DNA from: Dehalococcoidia bacterium
GTDB lineage: Bacteria > Chloroflexota > Dehalococcoidia > Lucifugimonadales > UBA1123
Reading direction: 5' to 3'
DNA length: 64,000 nt
Assembly (NCBI GenBank): GCA_965217725.1
Contig: OZ244564.1
Location: 2,691,371 to 2,755,370, forward strand
Positions 47,416 to 55,695 of the stretch are shown here, piece by piece; position 1 is the first letter of the stretch, and each line of letters begins with the position of its first letter. The notes under the pieces are model-generated. The model did no database searches. It saw only the letters and a list, made by a program, of their open reading frames with translations, and had not been told where the DNA came from. The position numbers and the translations under genes were made by a program.

Positions 47416-48420
47416 CTACTCGCCCCACACCTGCGAGAACAGACGCAGCCAGTTCCCGCCGAGCACCTTGGCGATGTCCTCGATGCGGTACCCTCGGCCC
47501 TGCAGCTCGGTCGCGACGTTGGAAAGGCTGTCCGGAGTCTCCATGCCGGACGGGTGCAGCAGGTTCTCCGGGTAGGCGTCCGACACGTCCATCAGCTTGG
47601 TGCCCTGCTGGGAGAAGATCCAATCGAAGAACGCCTTCGGCTGGTTCTGAGTGTAGTCGGTACCGATCCCGACGTGGTCGATGCCGACGCGCTCGACGAG
47701 ATCGTCGATAGCATCCACGTAGTCGTGGATCGTGGACTCGAACCCGTTGCGTAGAAATGGCGGGAAGGCGTTAGCGCCTATCACGCCGCCGCGCTCGGCA
47801 ATCAGCCTGAGCGCGTCTTCTGTCTTGTTTCTGGGATGGTCGAAGAAAGCCCGCGCGTTGGCGTGCGTGCAAGCCACAGGCTGCTGAGACAGCTCAGCAG
47901 CGTCGAGCGTCGTCCTGTCGCCCACGTGCGACAGGTCTATCAGGATGCCGAGCCGGTCCATCTCCCTAACGAGGTCCTGCCCGAACCTGCTCAGCCCCTC
48001 GTCAGTGCGCTCGTAACAGCCGTTGCCGACCAGGTTCCGCTCGTTGTAGGTGATCTGGATGATTCTTACGCCCAGCGCGTGGAACAGCGCGAGCCGGTCG
48101 AGATCGTTCTCTATGGGCGACGAGTTCTGCCACCCGAGCACCACACCCACCTTGCCCTGCTCCTTGGCTTGCAGGATGTCGTTCGAGGTGCGCGCCTGGA
48201 TCAGCGTATCCTGGTGGGTCTCGAACCTGTGCACCCACCCCGCGAGGTTGTCCATCGCCTCGCGGAAGTTCTCCCAGATTGCCATCGTGGCGTTGATGCC
48301 TGTCACCCTGCCAGTGTCCAGGCTGCGGAACACGTCCGGGCTGTCCCAGTTGCTGACGTTCAGTCCATCGAACACGACGGATTGCGCATAGACATCAGAG
48401 GTTTCATGCTGTGTGGACAT
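47416..48420 (-). CDS. membrane (renal-type) dipeptidase, M19 family
   Basis: VFDGLNVS, IQITYNERNLVGNGC, DLSHVG, and IGTDY. Confidence 0.9.
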   Translation of the reverse strand: MSTQHETSDVYAQSVVFDGLNVSNWDSPDVFRSLDTGRVTGINATMAIWENFREAMDNLAGWVHRFETHQDTLIQARTSNDILQAKEQGKVGVVLGWQNSSPIENDLDRLALFHALGVRIIQITYNERNLVGNGCYERTDEGLSRFGQDLVREMDRLGILIDLSHVGDRTTLDAAELSQQPVACTHANARAFFDHPRNKTEDALRLIAERGGVIGANAFPPFLRNGFESTIHDYVDAIDDLVERVGIDHVGIGTDYTQNQPKAFFDWIFSQQGTKLMDVSDAYPENLLHPSGMETPDSLSNVATELQGRGYRIEDIAKVLGGNWLRLFSQVWGE

Positions 48421-48505
48421 AGGACTCCAGGAAAGTTTGGGTGCATTCAGAGGTTTTCGGCCTGATTGTAGACGATGTGCTGATCTCCCATCACGTAGGG
48501 TCCAG

Positions 48506-48519
48506 ATGCGATTGCCCTG
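48506..48519. repeat. solo copy of the family A motif
   Basis: ATGCGATTGCCCTG, in the leader of the MFS gene. Confidence 0.6.
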
Positions 48520-48590
48520 CTAATCATCATGGTACCCATGCGCCAGCCCGATGCCCTAAAATATGGTGTTTGCTTCAGAGACCGCCAGTA

Positions 48591-49775
48591 ATGCACGACT
48601 TGACCTCAAAAATCCAGACACAGTCTAGCCCCATGGCGATGTGGACCATCAGGGCGGTAGCACTGGTCGCGTTCATGGACCTCTTCATGCAGCTTCCAGT
48701 GGTCCCCACGTACGCCCGCTCGCTCGGCGCGTCCGCAGGTATGATCGGCTTGATAGTCGGGATGTACTCAGCGGCGAACCTTCTGGGCAACCTGGGAGCC
48801 GGGGCGCTGCTGGACAGGATGGACCGCAAGCGTCTGGTCATCGTCGGGATGTTCCTGGCCGCGGTGGCGCTGTACGCCTATTCACTCGTGGACACGCCAG
48901 AACAGCTTCTTATTCTGCGAGCCTTCCACGGGCTGTTCGCGGGTGTCCTGGCGCCGGGGGCGTTCGCGATGCTGGGAGACCGCTCCAGAAGCCAGCGTGT
49001 CAGATCGATGGGAATGAGCGGATCGCTTATCGCGGTCTCGGCGGTTGTCGGCCCACTGCTCGCCGTTGGCATCCGTGAGGCGTTGGGTTACGAGGCGGTG
49101 TTCGCCACCAGCGCGACGCTCATGCTTCTTGCGGCCATGGCCTTTTGGATCCTGGTACCGGGGTCGGCCCATTCCACGAGCGACCCCCAGCAGGACAGGC
49201 AGCCGGTATCTTCGCTCGTCCGAAACGGCGTCCTGCTCAGAGTGTTCTGGTCGGTGCTGGTGATGACGTTCGGCATCGGCGTCCTCATCAATCACCTACC
49301 GATCGTCGTGGACGATATGGGAGGGTCGACAAGGACGGCTGGTATCGCCTTCGCGACGTTCTCCCTGGTCGCGACGGTGGTCATGGCAAGTCCGGTCCAC
49401 CGAATCATGGACGACAGGTCCCGCGCGCTTACCGTTGCCTGCGGACTGGGCTTCCTCGGAATCAGCAGCCTGACGCTGGCCGTCATGGGCGGGGTCGCAA
49501 ACGCCATTTTCCCCGCCATGCTGATCTTTGGACTCGGGTTCGGGCTGCTGTTCCCGTCTCTCAGCGTCTCGGTCGCCGAGCAGGCAGACAGAGGTCAGAG
49601 AGGCACAGCGTTCGGCATCTTCTACGCCATCTACTCCCTGGGCGTATTCCTCGGAGCGGTCGTATCCGGTGGAGTATCCGAAATCTCCGCCGACCTGGGC
49701 GCGCCGTTCTACCTCGCCGCAGCCGTTCCACTCGTCGCAATACCAGTCGCCTTCGGCATCCGCGCCAGGCTGTAG
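48591..49775 (+). CDS. MFS transporter
   Basis: About 12 hydrophobic helices and a GALLDRMDRKR loop motif. ATG at 48591 chosen because the ORF-track start at 48441 would read through the intergenic repeat. Confidence 0.8.
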   Translation: MHDLTSKIQTQSSPMAMWTIRAVALVAFMDLFMQLPVVPTYARSLGASAGMIGLIVGMYSAANLLGNLGAGALLDRMDRKRLVIVGMFLAAVALYAYSLVDTPEQLLILRAFHGLFAGVLAPGAFAMLGDRSRSQRVRSMGMSGSLIAVSAVVGPLLAVGIREALGYEAVFATSATLMLLAAMAFWILVPGSAHSTSDPQQDRQPVSSLVRNGVLLRVFWSVLVMTFGIGVLINHLPIVVDDMGGSTRTAGIAFATFSLVATVVMASPVHRIMDDRSRALTVACGLGFLGISSLTLAVMGGVANAIFPAMLIFGLGFGLLFPSLSVSVAEQADRGQRGTAFGIFYAIYSLGVFLGAVVSGGVSEISADLGAPFYLAAAVPLVAIPVAFGIRARL

Positions 49776-49859
49776 GTACCGTGCGGGTAGCGAGCACTCC
49801 TTGCCCCAACACACGCCTACGGCTAACATTTCCCCAGCCATTCAGCAGGAATACGTGAC

Positions 49860-51461
49860 ATGACATCCACACACAGGCCGAGGCGCAGCTTCTGGACGTG
49901 GGGACTCCAGTCCGAGGAGCCTACGGACGCCGAGCGCGCCAGACACGCTGCACATCTAACGGAGCGATTCGGAACACAGGTCGTCGCTCCACTCATACCG
50001 AAGCCCGAAGACCTGAAGCTCAGACCGCCCCGAATTCGGATACCGGACGCCGTCGCCGGCTTCTGCTTCACCGACAACTACGAGCGCGCTCTGCACTCGT
50101 ACAGCGCCGACGATCGAGAGCCGGCGGCGATCAACGGACACTTCCCAAACCCGCCGGACGCCGTCGCCCATCCTCGCAACGAGACCGAGCTGAAGCGCGT
50201 GCTGGAGTGGTGCGACTCTGAGGGACACGTCGCGATCCCATTTGGCGGAGGCTCGTCCGTGGTAGGCGGAGTCACGCCCCCGGAGGCGGACGGCGTCGTC
50301 ACGATCGACATGGACGAGTTCGACCGGGTTCTGGAGATTGACGAGACATCTCGCGCCGCACGCATCCAGGCGGGAGTCTTCGGCCCTCACCTGGAAGACC
50401 AGCTCAGGCCCCACGGCTACACTCTCAGGCACTATCCGCAAAGCTTCACTGGCTCGACCCTCGGCGGCTGGATCGCGACGCGGTCGGGTGGTCACTACGC
50501 CACCAACCACACCCACATCGACGAGTTCGTCGAATCTGTCAGGATGCTGACACCCGTGGGCTGGTGGGAGAGTAGACGACTGCCGGGAGGAGGCGCCGGT
50601 CCCGATCCCAACCGGCTGGTAATCGGCAGCGAGGGCATACTGGGGATTATCACCGAGGCGTGGATGCGCATCCAGGTCCGCCCCAGGTACAGGGCCACGG
50701 CCGGAGTCGTATTCGACACTTGGGAGCAGACCTGGGACGCAGCCAGGCAGATCGTCCAAACCAAGCTATGGCCGGCGAACCTGCGCGTTCTCGATCCTGA
50801 TCTGGCCCAGGATGCCGCCGACATGGACGGTGTCCGAGCGCTTCTGATCATCGGCTTCGAGTCCGGGGAGCTTCAGCAGGACTGGAACATTCGCGCCGCC
50901 GTTGAAATCGCCAGGGCTGCGGGAGGCGTGGTCGGAGACGACGAGGTCCTGATCGACGACGGCTCAGGCAGACCCACAGGCAGGAGCGGCGCCGTCGGCG
51001 CGTGGCGAAACGCCTTCATCGACATCGGCGGCGGTCTGACGTCTGGACTCGGGCTCGTAACCGGTACCGTAGAGACCGCCGTGACATGGGACAGGTGGCC
51101 CAAGCTCGACTCCCACGTGCGCGACATGATGGGCAGGGCGCTTAACGAAGTGTGCGGAGGCGGAACGCTCAACTGCCGGTTTACCCACGTCTATCCGGAC
51201 GGTCCCGCGCCATACTACACCTACGCGGGCGCATACAGGAGCGGCGACTACGCGGGTCAGCAGGCGGCGATCAAGAAGGCCGCGTCCGACGCGATAATCG
51301 AAGCGGGCGGCACCATCACCCACCACCACGCCGTCGGCAGGCTCCATCGACCCTGGTACGATCAGGAGCGCCCCGACCCGTTCGCCACCGCCCTCCGAGC
51401 TGCAAAGCGTTCCCTAGACCCCAACGGGATACTAAACCCCGGCGTCCTCGTAGACGTGTGA
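49860..51461 (+). CDS. FAD-linked oxidase (GlcD / alkyl-DHAP-synthase-like)
   Basis: PCMH-type FAD-binding region (IPFGGGSSVVGG), GSEGILGIITEAWMR, and C-terminal HHHAVG ... LDPNGILNPG. Confidence 0.85.
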   Translation: MTSTHRPRRSFWTWGLQSEEPTDAERARHAAHLTERFGTQVVAPLIPKPEDLKLRPPRIRIPDAVAGFCFTDNYERALHSYSADDREPAAINGHFPNPPDAVAHPRNETELKRVLEWCDSEGHVAIPFGGGSSVVGGVTPPEADGVVTIDMDEFDRVLEIDETSRAARIQAGVFGPHLEDQLRPHGYTLRHYPQSFTGSTLGGWIATRSGGHYATNHTHIDEFVESVRMLTPVGWWESRRLPGGGAGPDPNRLVIGSEGILGIITEAWMRIQVRPRYRATAGVVFDTWEQTWDAARQIVQTKLWPANLRVLDPDLAQDAADMDGVRALLIIGFESGELQQDWNIRAAVEIARAAGGVVGDDEVLIDDGSGRPTGRSGAVGAWRNAFIDIGGGLTSGLGLVTGTVETAVTWDRWPKLDSHVRDMMGRALNEVCGGGTLNCRFTHVYPDGPAPYYTYAGAYRSGDYAGQQAAIKKAASDAIIEAGGTITHHHAVGRLHRPWYDQERPDPFATALRAAKRSLDPNGILNPGVLVDV

Positions 51462-51482
51462 GGGGTGGATAGCTGTGCTGAG

Positions 51483-51935
51483 TCAGCGGTCGATGAAGTT
51501 GGCCAGCTCAGTATCTTCTCTTTCTAGGAGGACGACGCTGTTAGTATGGTGTTCTAGGAATACGGCAAAGTTGCGAATGATGTCCCATCCGAATAAGGAA
51601 GGCATCTCCGGTAAGTTGCCATAAGTAGGTGGTTCTGCAAGAGAGATCTGTACGTTCGCAGTGTATCCGCCTATCGTCATGTATGCCCCTATGGTTCTGG
51701 TTTCCAGGTAGCCACCCACACCGCCAATCGGCTCGCCACGAGGCAACGACAGCAGGTCAATTCCAAGGTCTTGGCGCAGGCGGACCCCCTCAGTGGGCGA
51801 CAGCAAGGTGTGATCTGCTCCTGTGTCGATGAGAAAGGGAATGCTAAGAGCTCCACTATTCGCATCCGGGAATTCTACGTGCAGGTCAACGTAGGGACGA
51901 GGACGGGGTCTGCCCAGAAAGTACCCACGTATCAT
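51483..51935 (-). CDS. retropepsin-like (clan AA) aspartic protease, single domain
   Basis: 150 aa from ATG at 51935: FLIDTGADHTLLSP catalytic DTGA motif and a LFGWDIIRNFAVFLE dimerisation-type C-terminus. The ORF-track start at 52088 overlaps the upstream small gene. Confidence 0.65.
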   Translation of the reverse strand: MIRGYFLGRPRPRPYVDLHVEFPDANSGALSIPFLIDTGADHTLLSPTEGVRLRQDLGIDLLSLPRGEPIGGVGGYLETRTIGAYMTIGGYTANVQISLAEPPTYGNLPEMPSLFGWDIIRNFAVFLEHHTNSVVLLEREDTELANFIDR

Positions 51936-52201
51936 CAGTTGGACACGAAGGCCCAGATTGTTTGCTTGCTGTCCAGAAAATTGAAGTAAATTCGCCCAAC
52001 AGGCATCCCATCGTTGCTCAGCTTCACGATGAGGTCCTCTCCGTTGGTAGAAGCGCCGACGACTTTCTTGTGATAGACGCCAACCCAATGGTCTGGGTAC
52101 TTGGCCATCAACTCGTCATAGTGGCTGTCGAACCACTTTGCGTCGGCGGTGAATCTCTCTAGGTCAGCTTGCTTGTCTTGCTGCACGGTCATAGCCCGCA
52201 T
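51935..52201 (-). CDS. small hypothetical protein (DUF5678-like by recollection), translationally coupled to the protease gene
   Basis: 88-aa ORF (YDELMAKYPDHWVGVYHKKVVGASTNGEDLIVKL). Its TGA shares one base with the protease ATG (TGATG at 51937..51933). Confidence 0.45.
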   Translation of the reverse strand: MRAMTVQQDKQADLERFTADAKWFDSHYDELMAKYPDHWVGVYHKKVVGASTNGEDLIVKLSNDGMPVGRIYFNFLDSKQTIWAFVSN

Positions 52202-52292
52202 TCGTGATGCTGGAGTATCGACAATATTTCGATCGTAGCTGTTCGGTCAGTTTAACATACCGCCTACAACCCCTCCCTGGAACAAGGGTCCA

Positions 52293-52341
52293 CTTGATCC
52301 CAACGGAATACTGGACCCCAGGCGTGTTCGTACACGCATGA
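52293..52341 (+). pseudogene. decayed remnant of the 3' end of a GlcD-family FAD-oxidase gene
   Basis: Reads PLDPNGILDP, then with one extra base GVFVHA-stop. About 78% nucleotide identity (38/49 by eye) to the real 3' end at 51414..51461 (LDPNGILNPGVLVDV-stop). Confidence 0.55.
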
Positions 52342-52422
52342 CAGTGGGAAATGGTGCTGGCGTACAGAATAGCCTGCGTACCGCTACGATGAATTCGGTC
52401 AGGTTAGCGTTCGAGACAGTGC

Positions 52423-55400
52423 CTAGAGTGCGTCCGAATACTCTTTCGTTGAGTGTGTAGAGTCTGCTGGCTCGCTGTTCGATTGCGACCATGCCAGCAT
52501 CGCCAGTTCGTCCCTGTCACGGTCGCCGAACACTACTAGCTTGTCGCCTTCCCAATAGGCCATCCCGTCCACGACCTCCATCGTCTTGACGCTGACCGTA
52601 CAGACTCGCTTGAGCAGATCAATTACATGCTCCTTGTGATCAGCGAAGCGGTACGTGTTGAACTTCTCCCTGATGGTGGGGTCCCGCGGCTTCTTCTCCT
52701 TGTACTGGTCTAGTACCCATTCGAGGGCGGAACGACTGCCGAGCACGTAGCGCCATGCGTCAGACGGCACGCCGGAGAGGGACGTCTGCTCATCGAGTGC
52801 GATGATGCCGCGCCCCTTGTCGGCCCGAAGGCGAGCCTTCGGAGTCCATTCGGCGTCAGAACCGGACCGAGATTTAGGCTTGTCGTGACGTTCAAGCGGG
52901 TAGGGTTCAGCCGACTCGAAGTTGATGTGCAGGTCCAGAAGCTCCCGACCCATCTTCGCCCAGAGGTCGAAGTCGTGGTACAGCGGTAGACGGGGGAACT
53001 CGCGCAGAAGATCGACTCGGTAGTCGTAGCGGTACACTGGATCGTGGAGCACCGCGTAGGTGTAGGCGAAGATTTCTTCAGCCGAGATGCCGTCCGGGTA
53101 GATTTCCTGGAAGTCCTTGCCCCAGTCTTTGTGGTAGTGATCGTTGATGTGCCGGATGGCCCAGTCGGTAATGTTGCAGACTCGCTCGCCATCGTCCGTA
53201 TAGCGGTACAAGGGGAGGCATTGGGTGCCGTCGAAAAACAAGTGGAGGTCGGATATCTTGTCGGTTGCTAAGGCCGCAAAGGGTCTGCGTGCACCCGTGG
53301 CTTGAAAACAGATAACCTTGTTCTTGTGGGCCGCGTTGTCATGCGGGAACAGCTGCGGCATCTGATACTGCATTTCGTTGAGATTCTGATTGTAGTAGAG
53401 GAGTTTGGCTGTGAATGGACGATATGTGGCCATGCGAATGGCAGACTCACGTACGACGTTTGGGAGGTTGAGCCGTAGTTGGCGTTTGAGATCGCGGGTC
53501 CACTTGATTGCAATTCCCAAGGCGCCATCACTAACACTTTGACCACCATGCTGCCTGCGGGCTTGTTCGTATCTGTCAACCATCCACGTAACCTTGCTAT
53601 GGAGATGGTGACTGTCGAAGTCATACACCCAGCCGTCGCGGTTGGTAACGACACCTAGTGAATACAACCTGAACACGGCTTGTTCATCTTCAATGGCCTT
53701 AGCCAGCTTGGTCTCTCGATTGGCCAAAGGCACCAACTTCTCGAATTCTGGATTCAACTGATTGAGCCAGTTACCATTCTTGTCAGGCGTAATGTCGTCC
53801 ACGGTAATTTGGTCGAGCTCAGCCTTACGCAGATACGCCAGCTTATCTACAGCTAGTTCTGCATCCTCTCGACGTGCATAATGGATGTCGCACCCACCAA
53901 TCCTGGACTTGTCTCGCACGAAGAAGCCAATGGCTACGCCTGTCTGTATACCGAATACGTTGTGGGTAGTGCCTGACACCTTGGGATTTCGACGGACATC
54001 AGATCCTAAATCCAGAAGGTAGATGTCGCTGAACTCGTTACCAGCCACGTTTCTGAAGCCGTCGTCCTGTTGAGTGTCGATGTACGCCCTGTTGGTGACG
54101 AACGCGATGATCCCACTATCAGCCAGCCGGTCTGACGCCCAACGAATGAACCGTTTGTACATGTCGTACTGCTTGGTCTTCTGGGCAGTGCTGGCGGCGA
54201 TGTAGGTCTCCCGGATGCGCTGGTCGATTTCCGGGTACTCCCGATTCCGGTTGTTATCGTTCTCGTTCTGCTGGTTGGCGTTGTACGGCGGGTTACCGAT
54301 GATGACGCTGATCGTCTTCTCGTTCTGGAGCTGAACGCGCATCCAGTTCTCAGTCGAGAGCCCGCCGAGGTTGAAAGCGCCCTGTCTCGTGACAGCTCCG
54401 CCGGTGGCGCCGGTCTGCTGCCAGTCCATGTTGTCCAGCGTATCGACGAAGCACAGGTTGGGGAACTCCAGGTACTGCCCGGTCTTCTCCCTGTAGGTGT
54501 ACTCTATGTTGAGGTTGGCGATGTAGTAGGGCAGGATAGCGACCTCGTTGGCGTGCATCTCGTTGAGGTACTTGTACTCCAGCCTGTCGGCGGGCAGGTA
54601 GTCGATCAGATTGGTGATGAAGGTGCCCGTACCTGTCGCCGGGTCGAGTATCTGCACGTTCTTATCGGCGAGGCTGCGCCCGAAGTGCTTTTGCAGCAGG
54701 TGGTCGGCGCCGCGGATCATGAAGTCGACGACCTCGTTGGGCGTGTACACCACGCCGAGCCTGTCTGCCGCCGAGGGGTTGTACGCCTTGTAGAAGTCCT
54801 CGTACATCGCCTTGAGGAAGCCCTGCTTCTCAGAGTAGTCGGCGATCTCGTCGGCTGCCCTCCCGATCGCGCCGTAGTACGAGCGCAGCCTGTCGATGGC
54901 CTCACGACGCACGTCACCGGTGAAGAAGGTCTGTTCCAGCGCGTCGAGCCTCTGAGCGATGTCGTTCTCTCGGTGGAACTGGTCCTCGCCGAATACGCGT
55001 AGGAAGATGTCTCGGGTCAGGATGTGCTGCAGCAGCATCTCGCGCACGTCGGCCTCTGACACCTCCGGGCTGATGGACTGCCGGCAAAGCTCAAGGAAAT
55101 CGGCGGCTGCGGCGCGATAGTCGGAGTTGTCGGACTCAGCCGCCTCGATTGCGCCGCGCAGGTTATCGAGCACGGTGGGCAGGTCTTCCTTGAACTGCCG
55201 CTGCGCCTCTCTGAACTCCTCTATCTGCGGGAGCTCGTAGTCGAGGAAGCGTCGGATGAGTCGGTGAAGCTCTTGCGGGCTGCTCATGTCAGCCCGCATC
55301 GTCTCTTCACGATCCTGGATCAGCACCGCGGTATTCGAGTCTTCGAAGATGATGTTGTCGCGCGGGTACCCGCTGTTGAACTTTCTCTGGATCTCAGCGT

Positions 55401-55665
55401 CGAGGTCGTCGTGCGTGTCCTTGGCCTCCCAGTAACCGTGCGCCATCCGCAGCGAGTCCTTTACGGTGCCGTCGGGAACTACGCCGGATGGAGTGCGCAG
55501 CTCCATCACGAGAGCGAACCGCTCTCTGTGGTTGTCGCAGTACGCCTTCAGACAGTTCTGGAACGCGGGGCGAATGCTCAGCTCGTTGTCCGAGCCGCCA
55601 AACTCGATAATCCGAGTTAACTCAGCATGGTACTCATCAAATGTGTTGATAGGAAGGCATAGCAT
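52423..55665 (-). CDS. single-chain Type IIG-like restriction-modification enzyme (PD-(D/E)xK nuclease + N6-adenine methyltransferase + specificity domain)
   Basis: 1080 aa. N-terminal VVPDG...GYWEAKD nuclease-like motif. MTase motif I ILDPATGTGTF and motif IV IIGNPPYN. The C-terminal VYRYDYRVDLLREFPRLPL...LDLHINFE resembles the type ISP/LlaBIII-type C-terminal specificity domain (recollection). No ATPase/helicase module and no separate M/S genes. Confidence 0.75.
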   Translation of the reverse strand: MLCLPINTFDEYHAELTRIIEFGGSDNELSIRPAFQNCLKAYCDNHRERFALVMELRTPSGVVPDGTVKDSLRMAHGYWEAKDTHDDLDAEIQRKFNSGYPRDNIIFEDSNTAVLIQDREETMRADMSSPQELHRLIRRFLDYELPQIEEFREAQRQFKEDLPTVLDNLRGAIEAAESDNSDYRAAAADFLELCRQSISPEVSEADVREMLLQHILTRDIFLRVFGEDQFHRENDIAQRLDALEQTFFTGDVRREAIDRLRSYYGAIGRAADEIADYSEKQGFLKAMYEDFYKAYNPSAADRLGVVYTPNEVVDFMIRGADHLLQKHFGRSLADKNVQILDPATGTGTFITNLIDYLPADRLEYKYLNEMHANEVAILPYYIANLNIEYTYREKTGQYLEFPNLCFVDTLDNMDWQQTGATGGAVTRQGAFNLGGLSTENWMRVQLQNEKTISVIIGNPPYNANQQNENDNNRNREYPEIDQRIRETYIAASTAQKTKQYDMYKRFIRWASDRLADSGIIAFVTNRAYIDTQQDDGFRNVAGNEFSDIYLLDLGSDVRRNPKVSGTTHNVFGIQTGVAIGFFVRDKSRIGGCDIHYARREDAELAVDKLAYLRKAELDQITVDDITPDKNGNWLNQLNPEFEKLVPLANRETKLAKAIEDEQAVFRLYSLGVVTNRDGWVYDFDSHHLHSKVTWMVDRYEQARRQHGGQSVSDGALGIAIKWTRDLKRQLRLNLPNVVRESAIRMATYRPFTAKLLYYNQNLNEMQYQMPQLFPHDNAAHKNKVICFQATGARRPFAALATDKISDLHLFFDGTQCLPLYRYTDDGERVCNITDWAIRHINDHYHKDWGKDFQEIYPDGISAEEIFAYTYAVLHDPVYRYDYRVDLLREFPRLPLYHDFDLWAKMGRELLDLHINFESAEPYPLERHDKPKSRSGSDAEWTPKARLRADKGRGIIALDEQTSLSGVPSDAWRYVLGSRSALEWVLDQYKEKKPRDPTIREKFNTYRFADHKEHVIDLLKRVCTVSVKTMEVVDGMAYWEGDKLVVFGDRDRDELAMLAWSQSNSEPADSTHSTKEYSDAL

Positions 55666-55695
55666 TCCTCTTAAGCCGAATCGATGGGATTGGGA

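Noticed and set aside
52247-52492. 81-aa minus-strand ORF between the small-protein gene and the R-M gene
   Set aside because: It overlaps the R-M gene's 3' end and the decayed FAD-oxidase remnant. No motif. Likely spurious.
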